Source: Rebecca billardiae RCC1528 (Eukaryota; Protista; Haptophyta). From it: 64,000 nt of DNA. The notes below the pieces were generated by a model. The model worked only from the letters and a program-made list of their open reading frames with translations, did not search any database and was not told the DNA's origin. The position numbers were made by a program, and so were the translations under genes. The stretch is taken from positions 1,984,001 to 2,048,000 of the forward strand of contig OZ251229.1 in the NCBI GenBank assembly GCA_965240325.2. The letters run 5' to 3'. Numbering within the stretch: the stretch's first letter is position 1; every line of letters begins with the position of its first letter. Positions 25,141-37,300 of this stretch are shown piece by piece.

Positions 25141-26180
25141 CTTATTACTTATCAGTGATGGGATTGTGCGTATAGCGAACCAGCCAATGGCTAGTCTCCG
25201 TTTCTACGGCTTTTAGGCGGCCAGATCCGCAGATAGTAGTAACTGTAGCTAACGGTCCCAGTTAACGTTTCTTAACGTGACAGCTCCTTATTGCCCGCGA
25301 TTGATTGCCTGTGTTGCTTGTCTGGCACTGTTTGTTTGCGCAGTAGCGCTGTCGTACCGGCGTGCTGCGTTGCGCCCGCCGGCCCGCGACGCGGCTGCGC
25401 CGAGCTTGCGCCGTGCGGCCAGTGAGGCCGGGGGCGTGACTGCCATGATTGCGAAGCCGAATATATTTGTGTTGACGAATGATCGTCACGTCAGAATGCC
25501 AGCACGCTATGCCAGCGACGGTCACGGTCCGACCAGTGATATTATTATAGTGCTAGCTAAGTTTCCGATGCCACTGATAGCTGCCCCGTAAATCGATATC
25601 CCGTTATACATCATTTAATGCTGGCGGCTGTGGCGGCAGACTTGAGTCTAGTGAGTTGAGTCACTTGACGAGACTGATGATGATCGGGTTGACTGATGAC
25701 TTACTATAACTAATACTAACTGCTGCCGACCGTAGCAGTTAATTCCTGTGCGGCCCTTGAGCGGTCTGTCAGTGCTAGACGGTCTGCTACTGAGTGCAGA
25801 GTGGTCTGACAGGGCTATGAGTTACAGATGAACACCGTCAGAGTTGATGGCTCTGGATCGGAGGGTAGTCTTAGTCTCAGGGTAGTCCGCGGCAACAGCC
25901 ATGTCCCGCCGCTGTGCTGACGTGTGCGGCCGTGCGATACTGCGCTTGGCGGCCCGGCGGCCTGCGTGTCGGCGCGGAGCCGGGTGGGTCACTCGCGGGG
26001 CGGAGTGAGTCTCATCTGTGACGGGGAGAGCCTTGGCCGCCAGGAGTCAACGGGGCACCGTGCGCTGGCGGCCAAGCCGCAATGCCGGGGACGGTGCGCA
26101 ATGGATCTTTCACTTCTTCGACGACGGCGACAGCGACGCCCCTGCAAATGCTGGCGTCGACACTTGACGCAAATGCGCGT

Positions 26181-26672
26181 TCAATCTTGCTTGTACCCGG
26201 CCGCGAAGCCCGCAGCAAAGCCCGACACACTGCTGAGCCCGTGGTCGGTGAGGAGGTGGACCAACTTTTGACTTGCAAAGGTGTAGTCGTCACGATCGAG
26301 CTTGCCATCCTTGTTGAAGTCTGCCAGACTGAGAATGTAGCGCTCCAGCTCGGTGTAATTGATCGATATGAAGCCTGCCTTCGACAGGATGCTAAGTGCA
26401 ATAAACGCAATGCCCACGCCCAGGGATACCCCACCTGTGACTGCGCGAGCAGCTTTTCCAGAGCAATATCCCAGGATGCCGCTAACGGTGGCCGCGCCAC
26501 CGTGTGCTGTGATATTGGCGGGCATGACCATGGCTATGAGTGGGCGCAGGATGCCCGTACTACCCAGCTCTGGGCGCGTCGCCGCCCCCCCATGACGACT
26601 TGCCGAGCTAGATTCCGCCGCCGCAGCCGCGGCGACAAAACCGACGAGGGTCAACACGACGAGGCCGCGCAT
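26181..26672 (-). CDS. FUN14-family membrane protein with an EF-hand-like loop
   Basis: SGILGYCSGKAAR, GIAFIALSILSKAGFISINY, DFNKDGKLDRDD, SGFAAGFAAGY. Confidence 0.82.
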   Translation of the reverse strand: MRGLVVLTLVGFVAAAAAAESSSASRHGGAATRPELGSTGILRPLIAMVMPANITAHGGAATVSGILGYCSGKAARAVTGGVSLGVGIAFIALSILSKAGFISINYTELERYILSLADFNKDGKLDRDDYTFASQKLVHLLTDHGLSSVSGFAAGFAAGYKQD

Positions 26673-26808
26673 CGGCGAGGCTGTCGTTCCGGCGCCGAGG
26701 AAAATGCATGCATGCTGGCTGTGATGCCGGTTCATTAATTTACGACATGACGACTTTCTTTGGTCTTCCAGACGACCACGCGGACCGGCCGCGGCACGGA
26801 CTGCGGCG

Positions 26809-28245
26809 ATGTCGACCCCCCTCTTCGACGCGCGCCTGCTTGGCGAGGACTCGAGCGACGAGGGCGAAGGCGAGCGCAGCGTCGACTTCCCAGCGGACGT
26901 CGACTGGGCGCGCTTCTCCGCGGCCGACTTCCTCGCGCACCGCGTCGACCCGGCGTGGGAGCGCTGGAAGGCGCGCGGCAATGCGGCGTTGCAGGCCGGC
27001 CAGCTGGAGCGCGCACGCAAGATGTACACGCACGCGTACGAGATCGCGGTGGGCGAACTCGAGGGCGGGGCCGTCAACGCGTTCATCGACGCGCTACTCA
27101 CCTGGCCCGAAGGCAGCGCGCAGCTGCAGCTCGGCGAGCACGATGACGCGCTCTGCTCGATCATCGGCATGCTGCCGACGCAGGGCGACGAGCTCACCGT
27201 GCCCGTCCCCGGCGAGGCGCTGAGCGAGGGCGAGGACGGGAGCGTGACGGCGCGCATGCCCAACCGCCCCGCCGCGATCGCCCTGAGCAACCGCGCCGCC
27301 GTGCACCTCCGGCTGGGCGAGCCGAAGCGCGCGCTGCAGGACGCGCGCGCCGCCACCAAGCGCTGCCCCGAATACGTGAAGGGACACTTCCGGGAAGTGC
27401 AGGCGCTCAAGGCGCTGGGCAAGCACGCGCAGGCGCGCCAGGCGGAGCGCACCCTGCAGGGCTTCAATATGCTGCTCGGCACGCGCATGATGGCGCCCAG
27501 CCACGTCCTCCTCAGCGCCGGCTGGATCGGCTGGGAAGACCACATGCTGAGCTACGAGCCGATCCGAATGCGCATGCAGCTCCGATGGCTGCGCCGCCAG
27601 CTGCGCGCGGCCGCGGCGTACTTGCGCGAGCTGGGCGGGATGGACGCGCTGCACCTCAAGGCGAACGCCTCGCTCGTCGACTTCCAGGGCGGGCAGATGC
27701 TCGTGCTCGGCGCCGACGTCGCCCTCCGCCGCTCCGTCCTGCTCGCGGCCGGCCCCAGCGGCCCCATCAAGTCGCTGCGCGTGAACGCGCACGCGCCGTC
27801 AATCAGCTCGATGATCGTGGAGTGCAAGAACGAGCCCGACCAGCTCGCGCTGCCGCCGCACGGCAAGGCGACGCCCACCGCGCTCGCGGGCTCCGTCGGC
27901 GTCATCGCGCGCTTCCTCCTGGACATGCACTCCGCACGCCTCACCCCGACAGTGCTGACGCTCGGGCAGGGGCTTCACGGCCAGCGCGAGATGCTGGCCC
28001 GCGCGCTGCCCCGCACGATGGCGCGCCTGCGCGCGGGCCAGCTCATCAGCCAGGAGACGATCAAGGAGGACATGTCCCCCGACGGCGCGCGCAGCCCGGC
28101 ACCGCCCGTCGACGGCATCCGGATCCCCGCCCTCGTGCATACCCTCAGCACGATGGCTTCCGAGGACAACGGCGTGCCCGTGTCGCCGGACGACCTGTCG
28201 GCATGGAGGGCGGCCGACCTGGACGATCGGCGGAGCATGGCCTGA
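26809..28245 (+). CDS. TPR-repeat protein
   Basis: WKARGNAALQAGQLERARKMYTHA; ALSNRAAVHLRLGEPKRALQDARAATKRCPEYVKGHFREVQAL. C-terminal region unassigned. Confidence 0.8.
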   Translation: MSTPLFDARLLGEDSSDEGEGERSVDFPADVDWARFSAADFLAHRVDPAWERWKARGNAALQAGQLERARKMYTHAYEIAVGELEGGAVNAFIDALLTWPEGSAQLQLGEHDDALCSIIGMLPTQGDELTVPVPGEALSEGEDGSVTARMPNRPAAIALSNRAAVHLRLGEPKRALQDARAATKRCPEYVKGHFREVQALKALGKHAQARQAERTLQGFNMLLGTRMMAPSHVLLSAGWIGWEDHMLSYEPIRMRMQLRWLRRQLRAAAAYLRELGGMDALHLKANASLVDFQGGQMLVLGADVALRRSVLLAAGPSGPIKSLRVNAHAPSISSMIVECKNEPDQLALPPHGKATPTALAGSVGVIARFLLDMHSARLTPTVLTLGQGLHGQREMLARALPRTMARLRAGQLISQETIKEDMSPDGARSPAPPVDGIRIPALVHTLSTMASEDNGVPVSPDDLSAWRAADLDDRRSMA

Positions 28246-29291
28246 TGGGCAGCGGCGTGGGGCCGGCGACGGCGAGGGAGGAGCGTAGCGCAGAGAGGGG
28301 CGTGATTCACAGTTTCATGATACGCGGATTACGGCGGCGGATGACGAGTCAGACATGACGAGTGTCTGGCCTGTTTTATTTCTACGAGAGCCCAACGGCG
28401 ACATTCGCCAAAACCGGGTAAAATGGCCGCTTGCCCGCTGGTGGTGGGTGCCGGCGCGATTGCGGAGTAGGGATGGCACGTCGTTGGCGCATGTTCGTAC
28501 TAGGGCGCTGAGCTGTAGCGAAAGGTGTTGCCAAGGCATGCTGCTTAGCCTTGCCATGGTGCTTCGCCATGACACAGAGGTCACTCGCAGCGCACGGCGG
28601 TGTGACGATCGCCGCGGCGCCGCGGCGGCAAACCGCAGTTGCGGGCGCGCTGCGAGCTGCAAGCACTCTGCCTTGGCTGCGTCGCGCCCGTGTCAGTTGT
28701 TGAACCAGGATTGTTGAACAACCGATGGGCTGCAAACGATACCAGCTACACTCGCTCCGCCGCCACTTCCTTGTCGAGCGTGAGATGCTTCCGTTGCGTG
28801 CGCTCGCATGCAGCTTGCCGCCTGCATTTGAACGTGGTCACGGCAGGTTGGTGGGCTGGTTGCTCAGGCCTCCTCGGCGTAGATGACGACAGGGTGCGTC
28901 CCACGCGCACCCACGACGCGGGAAAGGCGTGCACACGCGTCCTCGCGCATCTGGCAGGCTGCAGTCTTGGCCAAGATGATGCCAGAACAAGCCTGCCAGT
29001 GCCTCGCCGCGCGGGCGCGAGCGCGCAGAGAGATCTGGCTTCTGACCCGTGCTCTTCAGTGTACCTCGTGTGCGACGACGACGAGGCGGACGAGCGCCGC
29101 AACTGGATTCCTGCACTCACCGGTCACCGAGGAGTGCAGGAATCGCATTCCTCGCGCACGCCGGGGCCGCCATCGGCCGTGAGAGGTACACTGAACGGGG
29201 CGTGACACCGATTCCCACTGGCGGGCACGGGTTTGTCGCCGTGACATACTGTAGTAAATGGAATCTGGTAGAAATAAAACAGGCCGTCATC

Positions 29292-29294
<3 letters not shown>

Positions 29295-29369
<75 letters not shown>
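29295..29369. repeat. (TA)n microsatellite
   Basis: Pure TA run. Confidence 0.98.
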
Positions 29370-29370
<1 letters not shown>

Positions 29371-29495
29371 CGAACCTGAGCCTGATTCAGTCTGATTCAG
29401 ACGATTTTACCGTTTTATACACGCGGTAGGTTTAGCCGGTTTATTTATTGCCCCGGCCTTATTAGCCTTATGGCACTTGATGGCGCGATATGTAG

Positions 29496-31491
29496 ATGAT
29501 CGGCTACGCCGATCTTCGGGTAGTGAACAACGAAGTTGATGGCGCACGGCCCTGGTAGTTGTCGCGTTCTTCACCGAATCACTGTGAATTTATCACTACG
29601 ATGCGCGCGCCCGGCGCCGTCGCCGTGCAGGAGGCGCGGGCGCGAGTAATCCGGACTCGATCGACGGCCTCGGGGGGCTGGGCCGTGTCGAACTCGACGC
29701 GCAGCAGCCGCAGCGCCTCCGCCCGGTGCGCTTCGGGCAGCCCTGCTGTGGCCGCGCGCAGCGCTGAGGAGATCGCGCTCGGCAGCCCGTCCGTCAGCCT
29801 CGCACAGCCTCGCGCGCCGGCGGGATCGGCGCAGCGTCGGACAAGCTCGCGCAGCTCGTCGTCGGCGTCGGCGGGGAAGAGCGTCGCGAGCAGCCGCGGC
29901 TCGAGCCTGTCTACGATGTCCCGCAGCCGCAGCAGCCGCTCCTTGCACGCCCTCGGCGTCTTCCCCTCGAATGCGGGCCACGCGCGCTGCGAGGTCGCGT
30001 GCAGCAGCGCATACTGCGACTGCAGCAGGCCAATGTCCCGCGGCTCGAGCCTGTCTACGATGTCCCGCAGCCGCAGCAGCCGCTCCTTGCACGCCCTCGG
30101 CGTCTTCCCCTCGAATGCGGGCCACGCGCGCTGCGAGGTCGCGTGCAGCACGTGCGCCGATACTGCGACTGCAGCAGGCCAATGTCCCGTGATCGATCGT
30201 CCACGACGAGTCGTTCTGCGTGTAGAAGCGCAGGACGCGCTGGTCGTGCATGGTGCGCAGCGCGGTGTGCAAGCGCGCGAACGCGCGCTCGGGCGAGTCC
30301 TCCAGCAAGAGCTCGTCCTGCGGCTCGGTGCCCGGCTGCCGCTCTCCCTGCCTGCGCGCCGCCGCACGCCGCGCGGACAGACAGCGTCGCCATCACAGCC
30401 GGTGGGTAACGAGGCTGAGCAGTGGTAGCCAGGCGAAGCATCGTCGCGGGCGAAGCTGCGCTGGGTGATGCAGCTCGGGTCGGTGGGCAAGTCGCACCCC
30501 GCCGTCGGTCGCCTCCACGCCCCAGGCTCGCTCGAGGTCGAGTCACCTGCGCGGCGCGGCAGTCCGATGGCCGTGTTCGTGAACGTACTTCGTCGGCGGG
30601 CGCCGACGCCGCGGGCCGGGCGGGGTGTACACTTTGGGCCGAAGACGCATGGCAGGGCGGGGCGCGTGGGGTGAGCGAGGCACGAATGCGATGCCGACGG
30701 CTGTTGGGACCCGCCGCAGCTGCAGTGCGCGCACCTGCGCTGAGTCGCGCGCACCGGCACGCAAAACGAGAGCCTTTTCGGCTTTGAGCCTCCGATCGCC
30801 CTCGGTCGCTCGGCGTGTGCCGGGGCCGCCAAATAACGCTTACGGGTAAGATTCCCTCATTTGGTCATATCACTTAGTCGGCCACCCCCGCACGGGCGCA
30901 TATATTCTGGTCGAAGCGAACCGCCGTTTTTGTAAGTTTGTATAATTATAAGTTAATCTCATAAATGGTACGGCGAAACGGTGCGAAAACGCGTGCCTAG
31001 GCGTTTTTTATTAGGCGAAGATCTGGCAGGGTTCATTTCGCGGGTACCAATAGACAAACGAGCCGCGATGACGAACGTCGTGCCATAATACGTTGATACT
31101 GAAACGTTGTTTTTGCTGAAGTGTGGTTCTCTTCAGAGGAGAAGGATAATAGGAGACGATACTTTACTCTTTGAATTGGAATCAGCAAACCAAAAGTGTA
31201 TATCAGCAGGAGAATCACGAACGGCCCACCATAATTATCAGAAAGATGCAGACGCCTTTGTCCTATTCGAGTTCGATTTCTTCTATTACTTACTATCCAA
31301 GGATTAAGGAGCAGTACAAACGCAATCATGAGCAGCGATATCGAGTCAAATGCGGATTTCACACCTAAATCCACCTACAAAAATCCCCCAAATCCTGCGC
31401 GCATCCTCTTTTTTGATTTTGCGGAGCACGTGCGCCGCCCCCCCCGGCTTTCGCTCACGCTCAGACCTTTCGGGGGGGCCGTGCGCCATAA
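29496..31491 (-). mobile_element. Non-autonomous element H1 (subfamily B), Helitron2/Helentron-like asymmetric ends
   Basis: Minus-strand 5' end TTATGGCGCACGGCCC, with ~110 bp shared with 45755-45884. 3' end: GGGCCGTGCGCCAT (29539-29552, 14-bp inverse), CAAC-TTC-GTTG, GATCGGC-GTA-GCCGATC hairpin, then AT; shared with 38753-38809. Confidence 0.75.
29579..30832 (-). pseudogene. Frameshifted gene fragment carried inside H1, with a 144-bp tandem duplication
   Basis: Coding-like GC-rich segments in alternating frames (LLEDSPERAFARLHTALRTMHDQRVLRFY; DIGLLQSQYALLHATSQRAWPAFEGK); duplication at 29894-30189. Confidence 0.55.
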
Positions 31492-31768
31492 AGATATGAT
31501 ATATGCCGCTGCGATGTATTATAAATTATGATGACACTACTGTCTTATTACACAGCAGCATGCAGCGAGACCCGCCGGTGTCGACCTGGGCTCTGGCGCC
31601 GGCGGTGACCGGATTACCTGTCATACGACTGTGGCAGCGCGCGGAAGTCTTCCGGATATTCCGGAACCTGTTTTTCCGACGCGAAAATGCGCATCGTCAT
31701 ATCGTCGCATAGGATGATCAGCCCGGCTCGGAGCGAGCCGGCCGCACTCAGCACGCACCGCGGCTGAG

Positions 31769-32824
31769 CTAGGGTGGAGGCGATGCCGGCTTCTGCCACC
31801 ACACGGCCTCGTACTTGTCCAGGCGCGGCGGCGTCCGCACGCTCGGCTGCGGCAGCGGCAGTCGATCCAGCGTGCGCGGGGATAGGAGCGGCGGCGGCGT
31901 GGCGGCAGCGCCTTGAAGCAGGCGTCGACGTGGCGACCTTGCCCATCCCCTCGGAGCCTCGGGCACGTGGACCATCCGCATGCCGCGGCTGCCGGCCGGC
32001 CGCCCCGCCGCCCGCTGCCCCTCGCCCATGAGGTTGTGCTCCTCCCAATATTCGTTCACGGCATTCCTGCAGCCCAGAAACGAGCCATAGTCGTCCACGT
32101 ACACGAGGCCGCCCGGGGAGACGCGCGGGTAGAGCGCGCGCAGCGCGTCGCGCGTCGAGCTGTAGATGTCGCCGTCGAGCCGGAGGAATGCGATGCGCGC
32201 CACGCCCGCCCGGGGGAGGGTTTCGTTAAACCAGCCCTGCAGCACGTGCAAGTGCGCCGCGCGCGGCGGCCGGAGCACCCCGGTATTGTGCAGTGTCCGC
32301 TCAAAGTCGGCGCGGCTCGCGCGAAACTTGCCACGCCGGCCTGTCTCGGCACTCGCCATCTGTGCGCGCGGCACGCCGCGCAGCGGGCGCGCCGTACGCG
32401 CCTCCCAGTCCGCCGGCTCGGACTCGGGCAGACCATCAAAGCTGTCGGCCGCCCAGAAGGCTCGGCCGCTGTCAGGACCTGGCGCGTACTGGCGCAGCAC
32501 CTCGAGCATGAGCACGGCGGTGCCGCCGCGGTAGACGCCCGTCTCAAATACGTCGCCGGGCACGCCCAGCGCCAGAGCGGCCATCGTGAGCTGCACCGTC
32601 GCGAGCCGGCGCACAAACGAGACGAGCGATCGCGTCCGCATCGACGCAATCGCCCTGACGCGCGCGGCGCCCTCGTCGCGGCGCGCGGCGCGTGCGGTGG
32701 CGTTGGAGGCGGCGATGCAAGGTTTCGCGTGCGGCGAGTCGCACGCCCACGCCTCTGCGAGCTCGGCGAGCTGCTCGTTGCTCGTCAGCGCGCCGATCAT
32801 TCCGCCGGTGTTCTCGCCCGCCAT
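31769..32824 (-). CDS. TylF/MycF/NovP-family (macrocin-type) O-methyltransferase
   Basis: VPGDVFETGVYRGG, ADSFDGLP, GWFNETLP, IAFLRLDGDIYSSTRDAL..LYPRVSPGGLVYVDDYG. Start uncertain; an upstream exon is possible. Confidence 0.88.
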   Translation of the reverse strand: MAGENTGGMIGALTSNEQLAELAEAWACDSPHAKPCIAASNATARAARRDEGAARVRAIASMRTRSLVSFVRRLATVQLTMAALALGVPGDVFETGVYRGGTAVLMLEVLRQYAPGPDSGRAFWAADSFDGLPESEPADWEARTARPLRGVPRAQMASAETGRRGKFRASRADFERTLHNTGVLRPPRAAHLHVLQGWFNETLPRAGVARIAFLRLDGDIYSSTRDALRALYPRVSPGGLVYVDDYGSFLGCRNAVNEYWEEHNLMGEGQRAAGRPAGSRGMRMVHVPEAPRGWARSPRRRLLQGAAATPPPLLSPRTLDRLPLPQPSVRTPPRLDKYEAVWWQKPASPPP

Positions 32825-34337
32825 TTGTACCAGGAATGACCCCACTGGGGACACGGCACCCAGGGTCGGAGAAAATCGGCGCGCTTTTTATTTCCGCCTT
32901 GCATTTATTCAGCCGCGCGCTGCGCGGCGGACGCGCGCGTCTCGGGCGAGCGGGCGACGGCGCCGCGCTCCCGTGCGTGTGGACGATCCCGCGAGCGCAG
33001 AGCCGGCGAGCTAGGCTGGGCAGTCGTGCTGAAGTGCCATTCGCCGCTTCGCGCCGCGCATCGCATTCGGCTGTACTTGCCTCGGGCCAGCACTTGTCTG
33101 TGCACACCGCCACACGGCCAGCCTCGCCCGCGTGCGCCATGCGAGGCGAGACACACACGGAGCATGCGCTTCCGCGCGGCGAGGCCTACGCTGTACGCAC
33201 TGCGCTACCTTGCGCCGCCGCGCATGAGCGCGGGTCCGAACAGCTGCGTTCAGGTGTGCTGATTGCATCATTCATGCGAGCCGATTGGTCGAACAAGCGC
33301 TCTGGCCCGACGATGACGTTGCAGCGCACGCCATGCTGATATGCGGTGACGCGGAGCATGTGCGCTCGCGCGGAGTGGCCACACACGTGACCGCTGTCCA
33401 GCTCTGCCCCGGCATTGAACTCCCTGACTCGTGCTCCGACGTCAATCTTGGCCCGAGCTAGTACGTGCATGCATGCGTGCTGATGCAGAATATACCTGAA
33501 CGAGGCCCATGATGGCCTGCGTGTATGTGCCTCCTCGGATGACATGGCGCGTGTATGAATGTGTGTATACTACCTTGTCAAGCAGTAGCTCACGTCTGGA
33601 CGTTCGTGTCGAACTTGACGGTGCGCATCGTGAACACACGGTCAGCCTTGATAGACGCACCCGTGCAGCCGGAAGGCAGCATCAGCCTGCCTAAGACGTG
33701 AGCATCCAGCCCCGACGCCGCTTCCGGTGCCTGAATGGCGCGCGCTCCTTTCACGCGGGAATGTACTCACTACATCACTATCCAGAAGGGCGCATGTCAG
33801 TGCTTTGCATGCTCACACGACCCTCGCCGTAGGTCGATGCCAACCGCTGCGTGATGCTCGATCATGCCTTTTGACGGCTGTGTGACCCGTGCAGATGCGT
33901 ATGCCAGGCAGCGTACTGTGACGAGCGATGCCGCGTGCATAAACTACCTGGACATTGCCCAGTGCAACCAAGTGCCGGACGCCGACGCCGCTGCTCGCGG
34001 CACGCGTGCAGTCAGCCGAGGAATGCACACAACTTCCTTGTTGGTGCGGCGCACGCGATGGCCTGAGGCGCGGCGGATGCAGTGATTCCGAACGGCGAGC
34101 GGTGGAACGACGCAAATGGCTGCTCTTCAGCCGCGCTCAACCACGCGCACCGCCTTCGCGGGCACGCAACTACCGCAGGAGGGCGCGCAGTCGGCGCCCA
34201 TCTCGCCCCTCCAGCGCCGCCCAGCGCGCTGTCAGCGCAGCCGCCAGCGGCAGAGGTTGGTGGTGCTCTGACGGCATCACCAACATATTCGGAAAAGAAA
34301 ATCCCCACCCGAAATTCCTGCGCCCAGTGGATGCACG

Positions 34338-37300
34338 ATGGCGGCTCCGCGCGGCATGCGGCCGCTCGGGTGGCTGCTCGCCCTGCTTGCCCGCGCACGC
34401 GCCGACATGCTCGTGACGAGTGGCCCGCCCGAGATCGTCGGCCTCTCGCTCATCGCTCCGCCCCACGCGTTCAGCGCGCAGCACTTCGACGTGAGCGGCC
34501 GCGTCGTGCTCGCGCGCGACCACGAGTGGGCCTGCGGTGAGCGACGCGGCCAGCTCAAGTGCGACACGCGGTACGTGGGCAAGGCGCCGCTCACTGGCCT
34601 CGTGGTGATCTTGCCCGACGTGTGCGTGTGGAACTGCGGCGCCGAGACCGTCGCGCGCGGCGCGCACGCCGCGGGCGCCGCCCTCGTCGCCACCTTCTTT
34701 GTGGCGTCCGCGCGCTCGGCGCTCCTGGGGCTGCGGCTCGAGCCGGGCTTCGACTGGCGCTTCTTCTTCGTGGGCGACGAGCGCGCGCTGGCGGCGCCGC
34801 CGAGCGTCACGCTGACCCAGGCCGCCGGGCTGCCGCTCCTCGACGCGCTCGCGCGGCCGGACGCGGCCGAGGTGCGCGTGCGCGTCACGCCGTCCGCCAA
34901 CGCGTGGCGCCGCTTCAATGACGGCCCGCCGTGGGTGCTGTGGCAGCTCGCGCTGTCGGCGCAGACGGCGTACGTGCTCGAGTGCGCGCTGTGCCGGCTG
35001 CTCGCGTTCATCCAGCACGACGGCGGCCTCGCGCCCACCGTGCCGCAGCTCGTCCTCGCGCTCGAGCTCGCGCTCAACAGCGTGCGTCTTTGCTTCTTTG
35101 CGCTCGACCCGATCGGCACGCGCGGGCTGCTACCGCTGCAGGTGCTCTCGCTGCTCACGAGCGTGCACATGCCGTTCGCGGCGGTGACGACGGCGCTCGT
35201 GCTCGCGTACTTCTCCGCCGCCGCCGCCGCGCGCGGCCTCGCCTCGCCGCGGCTGCCCCGCTGGTACGCGCGGCTGGTGGTGGCGTGCGCACTACTCTCC
35301 TTTGGACTGGACATCCCGCTGTCTGTGCTCGCGGCCTGCTTTCAGCTGCGCTCGGTTGTGGCGGACTCGCTGCGGCTGGCGCTGTCGTTCGGGCCGCACG
35401 CGCTGCTGCTCGGGCTGACCTTCGTCGCCGAGCGCCGACTACGCGCCGCGCTCGCCACCTCGAACCAGCCGCCTTTGCTCATCGAGCGGCTGTGCGGACG
35501 CGTGCGCGCGTCGATCAGGTGGCAGCTGCTCTTTTTGTGCGCCGGGCCGGTGGCCGTGCAGCCGTGCTGCTTCCACGCGCGCTGGCCGCGGCTGGTGCTC
35601 ACCGGCGCGGTGTCCGTCGGCGTGCTCAGCTGCTCGTACGTGCAGGTCACCGTGTTCGTGCCGCGCGCGCGCGTGCCGATCGGGCCGCTGCAGGCGGCTG
35701 GCGCGGCGCTCGCGTGCGCGCTCGAGCGCGTGCGCTCGGCCGCCTCGGAGCGGGTTGCGCTCGCGTACGGCCGGTTGCGCGAGGGTGGCGGCGCGGGCGG
35801 CGCGCGCCTCGGCGCGCGCCACCCGTCGCACGCGCCTTCGCGCACGGGCAGCCAAGTACTCTCCGCGGGCTCGGCCGAGCTTCACGGCCTGCAGCCGCAC
35901 CTGCTGCTCGGAGTGTCACTGCCCTACCTGAGGGAGCTGCAGGCGGAGCTGGCGGGGCCGGGCGGTCCGCCGCCCGGGCGCGAGCGCGGCGGTGTGGACG
36001 ACAGCGTGGGGCCGGGGGGACCGCCGGGGCCGGAGGGAGCAGCCGCACCGTGGCGCGAGGAGGGCGGCGTGGACAGGGCGCGGCGCGCTGACGGCGCGAG
36101 CGGCGGCAGCGCCGCGTCCGCCCGGAGGAGGAAGGGCGTCCGGGGCGCGCTCGGCGAGGTCTCCGGCCGTGCCGCGCCGTCGGTGAGCACGCGCGCTGTC
36201 GCCGAGCGCGTCAAGGCGCTGACCTCCGCTTCCGGGCTCTCGCTGTGTGAAGAGCGGCTGCGCGCGCGCACGGCCGTCGACGGCAGGCGTGCGGTCGGGC
36301 CGGCCAATCTGTTCGTGTCACACGCGCAGGTGCGGCACGGGCCGCGCGCGGGCCGCGCGCGGGCCGCCAGCCGAGCCACGTCACCACGTGCGAGCTCGAC
36401 CGCGCGCGCGCCCACGCGCCCGGCTCCGCCGTCCACCGCGCGCCCGCCCGGCCTCGCGGCGTGCAGGCGTGCGACTTTGGGCGGCTGATCGACGCGGTCG
36501 AGGCGAGCCAGCGGCTGCACGGCGTCCCGGAGAAAGAGTGGGGCCGCACGTTCGTGTGGATTGACGTCTTCTCCTTCCGGCAGAATGCGGTTGAGACCGA
36601 CCTCGCGTTCCTTGGGCAGCTGCTCGCGTGGTTGGGCAGGGTGGTGATGGTGCTCGGTGCGGGGATGGGCAGCGCGTGTGGCCGCGCGCAGGGCGGGCGC
36701 GCGCGCGCGCCCCTCTCGACGCGCGGCCGAGAGTGCTGACCCCCTCCGCTGCTGCCCTCCGGACCCCTCGCCGTGCGCTTCGTAACCGTCACCGTCACCC
36801 GCGCCGCGCGCGCTCCCCAGACCCATGGGACCAGCCGCTCTGCCTCACGCGCGTGTGGTGCCTCTTCGAGCTCGTGCAGTGCCTCTCGCCCGACGTGCAG
36901 CTCGAGCTCACGCTGTGCGACCGCGAGCAGCGCCGCTTCTCCGCCGCGCTCGCGCGCGAGCCGCGCAAGCGCATCGAGGCGCGGCTCACTTCCTTTGACG
37001 CCGCTAAGGCGCAAGCCTTCCTCGAGGCGGACCGGCGCGCGATCATGGAGCTGATCGAGGCGCGGCCTGGCGGTGTCGCGCAGTTTAACGCGGACACGCA
37101 TGCCGTAGTGCGGCAGGCGCTCGCCGCCTTCAGCTGGCTCACCGACCACGCGCAGCACGGCGGCAGCGGCGACGATGACGATGGCGACACCATTCGCGGC
37201 GACAACGACAATGGTGGCGGCGGCGACGACGACCACGACGGTAGTGGCGCCGGCGGCGACGAGGACGACGCAAATGGCGCCGCCGGCGACAGCGGCGGTG

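Noticed and set aside
31430-31490. Hammerhead ribozyme in the H1/H2 5' end (CTGA..GAAA on the minus strand)
   Set aside because: Lacks the CUGAnGA core and three-stem geometry; only GAAA-capped mini-hairpins are present.
33875-33965. MYND-like Cys pattern (CDPCRCVCQAAYCDERCRVH)
   Set aside because: Short, preceded by a stop codon, imperfect spacing, no supportable gene model.
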